A DNA stretch of 62,050 nt, counting the filler, from Sphacelaria rigidula (Eukaryota): NCBI GenBank assembly GCA_964200075.2. It is 4 parts of 4 records of this genome, joined end to end, with 100 filler letters (N's around TTAATTAATTAA, not from the genome) between each part and the next. Parts side by side here need not be neighbours in the genome. Positions count along the whole stretch, not along the records: positions 31,084 to 46,522 come from CAXNAA020001746.1; positions 46,623 to 62,050 come from CAXNAA020001747.1; 2 more parts are not named here. The stretch is one strand, 5' to 3'. This document shows, one piece after another, positions 40,217-51,900 of this stretch. Each line of letters starts with the position of its first letter. Position 1 is the stretch's first letter. The position numbers were made by a program, and so were the translations under genes. Below the pieces are notes generated by a model. It was not told where the DNA came from. It worked only from the letters and a program-made list of their open reading frames with translations, and made no database searches.

Positions 40217-40522
40217 TGCGCTTTACCGAAGTGAAATTGTGCACATACTGCCGTCCCCATTCGAATACGGAATGGATTGCCTTCCCATAAGTAAAGTCGG
40301 CTATGTATACACGGGCCCTCAACCATGTTCGATGCGTTAGACGCTAGTATATTGTTCAATGCTCGACCTTTCAGTTTACATCTCGTTTCCTTTTTTTTTC
40401 GCACTACTGCACCGGGGCGAACGGTCGAAGAAATACATTCGGCCTGAAAATGACCGTTATTGAACCCATGGTTACAGAGTGCAAGGAACATACCGCCCAT
40501 AACCGTATTTCGCCCCGATTCC

Positions 40523-41035
40523 GGGGGGGGGGGGTGTACTCATTATCTTGAATGACGTAGTCATCTGACCATTGGCCCTGTAACCCTACAAAAGCCGGGA
40601 TGGAGCATGTCGAGTTTTCGACGGACCAGGCTCGCAATCAATCACCAAGCGCGAAGCGCCGTGGTGTGTTCGGCGAGTCGCATGAAGGGTGCATCCTGCT
40701 GAGATTGTTCCGCCCGAAGCGTACCGATTATCTTGCACTTGGATGGCACCCTGCAATGAGTTTCTTCGGTTTCTGGTATCTCCACTCCCAGAGTGCCACG
40801 GCTTACACACTGCCTCATGGGTGTCACCATTTAAACACCCCGTAGTATTATCATCTCCTCTACGCGGAATCGAGGTTCTCCCACCCCGCACAACATGATC
40901 TAGCTGGACCACCATCATGGTTACCGCGAAAAAAAAACGCAAGCGCGCACAAAATCGGCAACCTGGTTGCCTAGCTTATGCAGTGAGTGGCGTGTTCTAC
41001 AGCATCATTGACAACCGCCGCCAACCCCATAAGAG
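40523..41035 (+). mobile_element. Long copy of polyG-terminated repeat family
   Basis: Collinear with 8341-8845 and 15546-15710. Confidence 0.85.
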
Positions 41036-42971
41036 GCTCGTCCCTACGAAGCCGGAACGAAGCCCCCCCTGGGGAGGGGGCACGTTCAAACAGAATTCGT
41101 CATCCTCGCCGTCATGCGAGCCAGGCACCGGGGTGCGATGGTTTTTTGGTGATTTCGTTCTTGTCTTTTTCGAACCCCCGGCGCAATAGCTCCGATGGGT
41201 GCGCTGATGAAAAACATTACAGTGGCTTCGGTGGTGAGTGCTGCGGTATTGCTGTGTACAGGACCCGCGTGAAGGAGCGATGAGCACACAACAACAGCAC
41301 CGAACTTAGGCCAGCGGTCACAGACCGGCGGGGAAGAAAGAAACGCGGCGAATATATAAGAAGAAATCCGCCAGACGCGGCTAAATACCATTCTCCAAAT
41401 CCCGCTGAGATGTGCGCATACACGCGCGCACTGTGCGATGTCAGAGGGTGCAGGCAAAAAGACCTGTGCCTCATAGGGGACGAACTACGAAAAGCCGATA
41501 GTTGGCTGTAGACTAGTAGGGAGCAGCTTGGTGGCGTGCCGCGAGCAGCTACCGTCAGGGCCGAGTGTGAGTTTGTACGTGGCAGTGTGCCAAGATCGAA
41601 GAATGATGTGTTGCCTTCTAGAACTAAATCGATTTGCTCTCCAGCTTCCTTCTTGGCTGATGTGTCTTGTCTCCTTTTGTTTTTATCTTGGCCAGCGAGT
41701 ACTGGCGCCGTTTCAGTCTTTGTTGGCCGCAGGTTGGTGCCCTAGGTTGTAGCTTGCGGCACGTATGCTTTCGTGCTTGGTTGAGTGGGTACCGCTCACT
41801 GATTCAATGGAATTACCTTGACTCAGTTTTTCACGTGCACCGCCGAGGTGCTATACATTGAACAGTGGATGCAAGCCCCGATGACAAGTATATACCGCAA
41901 TGTTAAAGCACTGCGAAATCTTTGCGGCTGAATACAACAAGTGTCCCGGAGCCACTCGCGGTAGCAGGCAGCCCCACGCTCGAAGTGGACTTTCCCGGAG
42001 TTACCGTACCCCTGTGCGTTGACTCCGATACCGGTGCAAAAACCGAATCAAATCATGTCGCTGTTGCTTTTTCATCGCAGTCGTTGCGATAACTCCGATG
42101 AGTGCCCTGGCTCGCCTAATTGTGGTAGTCCCAGGCCTCGGTGAAGGCCTCTCTATCGTATTTCACCACCCTTTCAACGTTCCCGCCCTCTGCCGCGTCG
42201 CAACCCTGGTGCGCTTAACCCTTGGACGGCGAAACTCCGGCAGCTTCACTGAGATTGACCTTGCCACATTTGGGGTGAAGAACAGCCCTTTTATCGCTAC
42301 ACCAGACACTTTTTTTCATCAAGATGCGGATGTTCGCCATCTACAGTATGTAGAAAATAGTCCCGGAGAACCCCTGATCGCTTCTGACCCTTGAGTCTAT
42401 CGCGTGCAGAGTCAGTATGCGTGCTGTATGTCTTCGCTGGACACAACGGCGAGAAATAGTCAGCGTGCCATTCGCTCTCCACTGAACACAGTCTACTGCA
42501 TGCTGCTGAGGTATCTGTTTAGTGTTCCGCAACAGCACTGCAGACAGCGTGAAGCTATGCTGGCAACACATGAGGGGTCAGGCAGTCGGCATATATCACA
42601 AGCAGATAAAAAAAGTGCTTTGTGTGTGCCCACGTAGTCTATAATTCAAGTGTCGTGGCCAAAATTAGAAATTCTGCTTGACAGCGAAGTAGTCTATCTG
42701 TAGTCCACCTGTAGGGGAACTAAGTCACCATTTTGGTAGCCGTGATTGGTCAGAGTGATCACTCCGCTCCTCTCGGGCCTCGTTCCTGGCTGCCATTATT
42801 TCCCGTAGGAAACGTTCAAGCACACGCTTGACTTGGTGAGCTTTTCGGCGAACAGACCCCCACATCCCTGTCAAAAGCAACCCCCCTGCCCTATGTAAGA
42901 GGTTCTTGGGTAATGTATAGAAGAAACGTAATGAGCTACAGAAGGAAAGTAATGAGCGCCAGCANNNNNNN

Positions 42972-43031
42972 NATGGGATGCGTGGTCAATGGTCAAATGA
43001 CTAAGGCAAGCAACAAATGAGTACGCCCCCC
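42972..43031 (-). repeat. Inverted head of polyG-terminated repeat family (variant shared with 61986-62050)
   Basis: gggatgcgtggtcaatggtcaaatgactaaggcaagcaacaaatgagtacgcccccc is the reverse complement of the window-end copy. Confidence 0.85.
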
Positions 43032-43204
43032 TGGAACCCCCGGATATTCCTAGCACAATCGATACGGCCGTCCAGGGACGAAGTGTGACGGACAAGAACT
43101 AATATTAACGATTTCGAGCCAACGCGGAATGGAAGTATGCCCTCTCAATCCCCCCCTCCCTCCCCCTAACCGTCCGCCCATCACGCTCCCCCGTCCCTCT
43201 ACAG

Positions 43205-43444
43205 CATAGCGTGGGCACCCCAAGAGCTTGGATTGATCCTCGCGTGTGCCTCCAGCGATGGGCGAGTGAGTATCTTGACGCACCAAGATAACGATGAATG
43301 GCATAGTACGTTCATTCAGCACACAAAGCTGGGTTGCAACGCCGTAAGCTGGGCGCCGCACGTGAGCGTGGGGTCCAGGGAGGGGGGGAAGGAGTACATG
43401 CGACTGGTCACGGGCAGCTGCGACCACCACGTCAGGTTCTGGCG
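43205..43444 (+). CDS. SEC13: SEC13 exon 2
   Basis: Acceptor ctctacag|C restores SINSIAWAPQELGLILACASSDG...GCNAVSWAP...RLVTGSCDHHVRFWR; donor CG|gtgaga. Confidence 0.95.
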
Positions 43445-44027
43445 GTGAGAGCTGACAGTTGAAAACGTTTGGATGCTTTTTGGCGCCCGAGTTTCTCTAC
43501 TGTGGTTTCGAGTCCTCTGCGACATGGCTACATGGCGGTACACGAGTTTCCTGATCGAAGGCGAACAGTCTCGGAATTTGTGTTCTATCGAGTCATAGTC
43601 TTGGAATCTTGCCAGACAGCACTGTCCGAATTCGACAGGGTAGACGATGTGAAATTTATGTGGACGATAATGCAGGTGGTGGTATGGGGGACAAGCTCAT
43701 GAGGTTCGCTGCCTCCGCTCCCTGGTTAGCAATTGGTTGGTCTAAAAAGGACCGGTGCCCCGGAATTGTGCCGTCAGATATTGATTTCACAGTCACTTTT
43801 TTAATGAGGCACGGCACCACACTCGATATTACCCTTTTTTTTTCACGACACGTATGTATGGGGTATAGAAAAGAAAAGAAAAAACGTCACCATTCACACT
43901 GAACCATGACCTAAGACTTGTGCAGTGTCTTGTATATGATTCGAGAGTTTGCGAGGCGGGAACACGCGTTCATCTGCATGTACCCACGCCATCCCACAAT
44001 GTTTTATCTAAAACGCCACGCGCACAG

Positions 44028-44400
44028 ATGCCCTGTCAAGGAAACTTGTTGGGAGGAGGAGGGCCGCACTCACGATTCCGCCCCCCAACACTCGAGCTGG
44101 GTGCGCGACGTGGCTTGGTGCCCTGGCACGGGCGTACCATGCAATATAGTGGCCAGCTGCTGCGAAGATAGGGGGGTGATGATATGGACACAAAAACAGG
44201 CCAACGGACCATGGGCAGCGACAGAAATGAAAACCTTTTCGACACCCGTGTGGCGCATCTCGTGGTCTGTTACCGGACACGTTTTGGCAGTTTCGTCGGG
44301 AGACGATGAGGTGACCCTCTGGAAGCAAAGTTTGGAGGGTGCTTGGGAATGTATCTCTTCTGTGCAAGACGGTGGGCCAGCGCCTAGCTCTCAGTATTAG
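44028..44400 (+). CDS. SEC13: SEC13 exon 3 (terminal)
   Basis: Acceptor cacag|A; HSSWVRDVAWCP...PVWRISWSVTGHVLAVSSGDDEVTLWKQSLEGAWECIS; stop TAG at 44398-44400. Confidence 0.95.
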
Positions 44401-46522
44401 ATGGTCCGTCGCGGTGAGGGGTGGGGGGGCGGGGAACCAGGAGGGTCGTTTGTAGTAACGGCGTTTTGTATATGCATACGTGCTGGAACATGCTACACGG
44501 AATGTTTGGACAAAGTGCCTATCTCGTAACCTTGGTACATGATGTAACATTTTGCCCTCGTGGTCATCACGGTGGCGGTGACGAAGTCGGGGGTGGGGAG
44601 TGATGGCTGAGGAAGACGATTTTCGTCGCTCCGCTAATGGCCCTGCTGCTTCGGAACGGGCATGTGCCTGATGTACCGCAGCACATGTGTGGCCAGCATT
44701 CGAAAAAATGAAAGTCCGCTACGAGCATGGAGAAAGTGGAAAAGTGTCTGGGTATTGTCATTTTATCCGTGCAAGGATGGGTATTACTTCTATTTCAAGG
44801 CGCGTCCTGATTCCATCTTTGGTAGGACTACGCTTTGAGCTTTGAAACGAGAACGTCCGTGGACTGGAATCTCGGATGTCATGCGCCTCCTGCCCCCCCA
44901 AAATGAATCACACAAGCTCTTGGGCGTGAAACATTTCCATTGAGTACGTCACGTTCGGCGTCTCAACTCATGTGTTTCTCCCGTTCGTCTCGTACACGTA
45001 CAACCAGTACGGTGTACCCTTATAGCAGATGCCGCGGCTTCAGTGGGTCGCAAGTCGTAAGCAACCGAAACACTTGCCAACGCTGCACTACTGTAGAGCA
45101 CAATACCCACCCCCAGGAATGCCACGACGTGGTACAGTCACATTTGAGTTGGGAGCCAGTCGGTGTGCCCGAGCGCGCCGTGCAGTTTCTCCTATGCGGA
45201 GGTACTACTGCAAGTAATGTACGATTCCGCTACAACCAGGTGCATACAAGAGCAGAGTACTCTCGATGCGCTCAGAAGCAGTGCCTTCTAGCCAAGGATA
45301 CCCGTTCTACCCACGACACAGTCGCTTTCCACTGTTGGTCAACCCAACAATAACCCGAACGTTAAAAGTCGGTGGTTGTGGGGGTTTGACGACTGGCGAA
45401 GGTCGTACTCCTCAGTTATTATCCAGCAAGTGTGGAGATAACACCCCCCTCCCCTCCAAAGGCTCTGGCTCATGGAGATGTAGAATCCCAAGCGTGGTGG
45501 TTCCTCGTGGGAAGCCGTACCACTGGTGGTCGGGGCAGCCCATCATGTAGCTTAGCCTCGCTGGTAAAAAAAAAAAAAGACCGCTTGTCGCACGTCTGGG
45601 GAAGCAGCTCAGCTGTATGACGGAAACGGAAGTGGAGGCTGCACAGCATCCCTCAAAGAGCGACGGAAAAAATGCAATTACCTGCTGCTCCTCTGTGAAT
45701 CTATTATGCTTTTAATCCTTACTGCTCTGTAGTGGCAATTGCCTACGTTCTCATGACATCGCGATGGTTGTATTAACTTATGAAATGATCCATTTTCCTC
45801 GAATCAATCCAGCAGTTGACAATGTTTTCGTGGGATTAAGCGTCGGTTTGATTGTACGCTGCAACCTGATCAATTTCTCATTCCGTGTGTGATTTTTTTG
45901 CCTGTAACACTGGCGTGTGCTTACAGATACAAGTCGATATCCTGCTCAGAGGTATCAAGGGCTTCAATGGCAAGAAAGTGCAAAAAACATAATATCAGGC
46001 CTCATGGAGGGGCATTTCGGAACTGAAAATACTTTTTCAGTGATTGACCGCTTTTCACTCTCCTCAATCTCTCACGAAAACGCTGTTATATGTAGTTGAT
46101 CCGGTCGGCCTAATCAATTGTCTCCGCGGTTCACACAGTTATGGGGGTGAATTAGGGCTATAACGACCAAAAAAACAAAAGCAACTCTTGAGATTAATAA
46201 ATATGTCCCCAGCTCTTCCGAGCNNNNNNNNNNAGCTGTTGTGAGTAGGACACATGCTTCGTCCCTTATGAACTTGGTTTTAGTATTCGGGAGCTGTAGC
46301 GCTTTCATCGCGTTTTCTCGACACGGGAAAGAAGCCGCCCCCTTGCACTTCACAGTCCCTCGCACACATGCGAAAGTTAGGGAATCATTGAAGCAGGCAT
46401 TTGCTCAGATCACTGCGGACCCAACAAGCTCTACACTGAAAAAAAATAGCATTTAACAACAAATTGTGAGAATTGAGGTTTAACTTCGAGATGAGGCTCA
46501 AGCCTAAAACAGTGCTTTCCCC

Positions 46523-46622
46523 NNNNNNNNNNNNNNNNNNNNNNNNNNNNNNNNNNNNNNNNNNNNTTAATTAATTAANNNNNNNNNNNNNNNNNNNNNN
46601 NNNNNNNNNNNNNNNNNNNNNN
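46523..46622. other. Artificial contig linker (44N-TTAATTAATTAA-44N)
   Basis: Same 100-nt linker. Confidence 0.97.
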
Positions 46623-48224
46623 CCTCCAGAAAAACTCAGAAAAAAGGACAACTACGAATTCTGAAAACTTCTGACGCTGAGTACTATATACTGAGTATAG
46701 CCGAGAGGGGGTGGTATACACCGTCACTGTACATGTGTCACGATCACAATCACACGGCAGCAATCATGTCTCGAAAGGTGGGTTTTAACCACAGTAGTGA
46801 GGGATAAGTATCGGTTTCTACCTTGAACCGGTGCGGTTTGGCATTATAGATAAAATCAACGACCTATTATGATGCATTGTACCAGCTGTCGCCGCAAATA
46901 CTGCACTATACTGTCCTGTTTGTGTTGCACGGGCAGCATCTGCTAAGAAGAACAAAGCTGCACGAGAAAGAACAAACTGCGAACCCCGACAACAACTGAC
47001 AGGACGACAACTGTTCTTGTTCCCAGGCACCTGCTGCTTCCATAATCACCGACACCCATCTGAGCGAAATGCAGAGCACAAACAAGATTCCTCACATGCA
47101 TCCCTCCCTGGAGAGCCCCATGTGTGTCGCTGCCGCTGGCCAGGCACCCAAATATGTACAGTTCCTTAGTTCCCCTCCTTGAAGTGCAAAGAGGACTACA
47201 ATAGCAGTGAAGAACAACACACTCAGTACAGCAAAGCACAGCACAGACAGTACTGTGCCGTGCAAACCGTACAGTACAATGTCACGATTTTGCACTGCAA
47301 CACGGTAGCGTTGGTTCTCTTAGAAAGTTGAAGTATTGCGTCCGAAAGCTGTACCGTGTCCCACTGGCACAGCTCAAGTAGGGCGTCATGCAGCAATAGT
47401 ACGATTCCGAACAATATGGTGCAGTATGAGATGACTATTACCGGTACATGTTGCGGGTGAAATTCAAAAATTGGGTGTCAGGAGTGACAGCCAAAGACCG
47501 CAGCAGAGGAGCTGGGAAGGGGGGAAGTGCTATGCTACGCGATTACATCGGATGAACTTCTACGCTGTTTCTCGCTGTGCTAGAAGGGGTGCAGATGATT
47601 TCAGCCAGCAGTCGTGAGTTGGCACGGTTGGCTAGTTTAAATTAGCAGTTACAATATCGAGCATGCACACCGGACGCAGTAGGCCCGCCTTATTCGGGTT
47701 TGGTCAGCGCCCGTGGCACGTACAGTACCGCACTGTACCTGGTCAAAAGACGGATACGTTCTAGGCATACTTGCTTCTGATCAGATGAGCCACGAGTGAG
47801 ATGGTTGCAGCAATATATTTCTACTGTCTGCTGTACTACCGTTGAAAACAGTACCTTAGAGTGTGTACTGTGTAGTGTCTTGTGACACTTATTAGTACAA
47901 TAGTGTCGCCAATTCGACGCAGGATTCACTTGGCTTTGCCTTGCCGTCTTAATGAGTTTCCCCCCTTCACTGCAGATACCATCTGTGACGCCTGTCCTGG
48001 CATATCGCAGTAGACCCTCGTTTGCGTGCTTTAGGCCTTGGTTTTGCTTCGTCTAGGCGTGTTTTCTGAAACAGTGCTGCACTCGTGCGCCCCTTCCCTC
48101 GCCAAACGTCCCGGTCAGGGCCGCCGAGACTGTCCGAACAGCCAAGGCATCCGCAGTCCTTGAGAGCACCTCTGGTACTGTCGCCGTTACTGTCCGCGAG
48201 TCGGCAGCTGGGGTCGCTGCTCTA

Positions 48225-48952
48225 ATGCAGAGCTGTCTTCCACATCACCAAGGAAAGGCCAACGCACATCCTCCGGGGGTGAACGGGTGGTGTACTTTCG
48301 ACGCTGGGCTGTCCGAAATCCAAGAGCAGCTCGCAACTCAAAGCGTCCCGACTCACGTTTTTCAAAGGCAGCTGCTCTTGACTTTGCGTAACGAGGACGC
48401 CGTTGTGCAGCAGGCACTGGAGATGAGTGGTTCGGCCACCGCGCAAAGAGGTGGTGATTCGGGGATCCGCTTGAGTGGTCGCATCGACGAATGGCCTTAT
48501 CGTCTCAACGTCATCTGGCGCTTGCACGAGTCTAGTATACTGCCGTTGTGCCGTCTTCTTGAGGCGAATGAGACCTTACCCGCACACTACTTTCTCGGCG
48601 GGGGAAGCTGGAAATCACCTTGCGAGGACTGCACGGATGGTCTAGTTCGTGACATGCGCGCGCTAGCGCTACAAGCTTCTCGGCAGAACCAAAGTGACGG
48701 AAATCAACGGAGCGAACTCAGGCATGATGCCATGGACAGAAAAAACCCCGGCGGGACGGCGGGGCGAGAAGAAGCAGCAACTCTTTTGGCGGATGTAGGA
48801 AGGTATCTTTTCGATCTTTCATATCGCAAGGCTCACGGAGGCAACCCGAACAGCGGCAGCTTGGTTGGTGGAGGATATATTGGGGAAACTCTTTCAAGCA
48901 CGGCCGCACGGAGGGTGCTTGATCGACTGTGTTGTGGCCGGGACATACTCGG
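48225..48952 (+). CDS. FANCA-like gene, 5' coding exon
   Basis: 243-aa ORF; donor GG|gtgaga joins in phase to tgtag|TTTCGGC at 49288. Confidence 0.7.
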
Positions 48953-51900
48953 GTGAGAATCCCTACCTTCGCGACGCCAACATCGATCCGGCCAAGGTTT
49001 TGGTCGTGGCTTCCTCGCTTTGCCTCCAGGCTAGTTTCATCCGTTGCAGGCGTAATTCTTCTTGTGCCACAGACGGGATGTTGTTGCTTAACGGGGCAAT
49101 CGCTGCAGTAGTGCTGACTAAAATACGCTGCACAAGGCTAACATTTCTTGCACCGAGGATAGGAGCGAGTTATTTGAACAGTAGCGACCAGTACGTATAC
49201 TCACGTACTGTTTCTACCTTTGCTCGTGAAGTTTTCGTGCTTTCACTTACGCCTCCTCTCCCTCACCCTTATCGTGCAATACTGTAGTTTCGGCGAGAGC
49301 AGGCTGCAAACCTGTCGTTTGGTTCTTGCTGCGGTACACCCAACGGATACGCCGGCATCCCCGTGCGGGGGGGAATCTCACTGCGAAATGACGAAAGACA
49401 TGCGGTCCTCGAGAGTAGATCCAGTAAATTTTGCCATACCTGGAGGAAAATGGGGGGAAGATGGCATGGGAAATAAATTGGCGACGGACGATCCTATCGA
49501 AGGTTTCCTAGTCCGGCAGCTGCGGCTGCTAATGGAGAGTGCCTCCGGGCGGCATGTCGAGGGCTCATATTTCAGCTACCCACAATGTAAGAAGCCCTTT
49601 CTATCAGGTGGAGTGGCACATGCTCCATCGTTGTCACTGTTGGACTGTTTGCCCCGCGACCCCTTTGTGCGCATCTGATGGTTTTTTGCACTTGCTTGTT
49701 TGAGAGGAGCCGGGCATTCGTCGGCGATGATGTCGTAATAATCTCGTGCTTGATCCTGCAAGATTGCTCCCGACAGGTCAATCATTGTATGCAAGTACCA
49801 CCACTAACAAAGAGGGTATCGCCCGTGAGTATTTTTCAGCTTCTGTTACTCTTTTCCCTTCATCACTGCTCTCGCTCGTCTTGGCGTATTGTGCCATGGC
49901 TGCTTCGTGTAGCTCTTGGCTGCGAAGACGGTCACTCACAAGACACACCAGCAGCTTCCCTCGACAGCTCTTTCAGCGCGCTGGTGGATATCATGCGCCA
50001 CTTTCCATCGCCGATGTTTATTGGAGCCCTACGATCCGTGTGTCTCCAGGCAGTTGCTTCAGCTGCCAATTCTACGGGTTCCTTGCTTTACAAGGTAAGA
50101 TTTTATGTGACCATTTAGTTGGGTGGTGTTTTATTGAGGGACTGGGTGTACAGCGATGGTCCCTTCGTTCTCTTGGCATGCCGTGGGCCGTATTCGACTG
50201 TATCCCAGCCTTTATGCTCGGGGGCTGCTGAATGTGTATGATCATGAGGCTAACGCGTCGTATACCCTTCATAGCCGCGTCCGCATACCCTTCATAGCCG
50301 CGTCCGCATATTTTACTTCTTTCGATTGCCGGTGCTACTGCGATATGTGTCCTCGGGGGCGTCGCGGGTTCCACGGCAATAATCTATCACCTACCCGCCC
50401 CACTCGCGTTACCGTGGGCGTGAACGCATCACTGTTCCTCAGCCTATTCTCCAATGGGAGACCCTTTCACCGATTGTACGTGCCGCAGCCACGGCGCATC
50501 CGCGCGACACGCCGCATGCGATAGCTCTCTTGGGTACAGAGCTCGTTGAAGCTGGATTGAATCTGGCCCCTCCAGAAGATTCCAGCAGAGATCGGGACAT
50601 GGTCTGTGATCGCCGTCAAGGGATACTGGTTCTTGGCTCAGCACTCAGACTTGTTGCTGCAGCAGACGTGTCTTCTCAAGACCCATGTGCTGACGAGCGC
50701 GGGTTCTACCATCAATGGTTTCGGAGCTGTTTTGGAGTTACTGCGCAGGAGACAGGGGAGGAGCAAGCGAGGCTTGGCCCTAAAGGACAGGAGGAGGAGG
50801 GTGTCAACGCGGAAGATGTTGCCCCCGAGGTTTGTCGGATGGAGGTAAGATGCGCATAATTTCTCGGGTTTGATATGTCGGCAAGAGAACTTGTTGGCGA
50901 AGGCAGACTACGTGTGTTGCCCCTCACCGGCGCGCCGGCTGTCGTAAGTATGGCACGAGGATTTTTTTTTTGCATTGGTCATGTTCTCACACTTGCTGAA
51001 TCTATGCCCCGTCGTCTTGAGACAGGTGCTGCGAAAAGCCATGGAGAAGGAGCGCTCATCAGAGATCTTGGTGGAGGCGTTGTGCTCGTCGGTACCGTAC
51101 GACCCAGCCTTCGTACTTGAAGTACACCGAGATGTGCTCAAAACGAGACTGAGGTATGTTCTTCACGTGGAATGGTGGCACACTTTTGTAATGTGTCGTG
51201 AAGCTTGGCTATATATATATATATTGTTTTTAGCCTGTCGGAACGGAAGGCCATATGCTCAGAGTGAATCACGACGCCGCTGCTTGCTCTGAGTTGACCT
51301 AAACTCAGCCGGTGTTGACTGGCCAACGCATCTGTCGTACGCAGTTCGCAAAAATAACGGCCTTCTTACCTTCGACCGTGTGCCACACCTCTTACTGTCC
51401 TTGCGTAGAAACGGTGGCTCATGGCCGTGAGTACGACGATTTTCCAACTTGCACGTATGTATCCTGCTCAGTCGGCCACTGCGCTCCATTCCACAACAGG
51501 GCTAAGTTTTCGGGCCGGGTGAGAGACTTGGTGGACCTCACCATCACCCGTCTCTCGGACCTCAAAGGCAAAGACGAAGCCGACCGACAAAAGGCTGCCG
51601 CAAAGGGGCACCGTGACGGGTCTCGAAACGGTGTCTCTGCAGCGCATCGTGGGAATGGGGATGAAGGCGACTCAACCAACCGAGAGGTAGATTTTGATGT
51701 TCGCTATGTGGTGTACTTGAACAGACTGCGGGCGCTGAGCCCTTCGGCGCTTGACTTATTTCAACACAGGCTGGTTTTGAAAGGTGACTTGGCGTGTCGG
51801 CGTGTCGCCAACGTGGACCTCATCACCAGGCACTACGTGATTGCGCGGTGGCACTGTTGTGACACCGGACTGGGAGCATGTTAGAATTCGTCTCTGCGCT

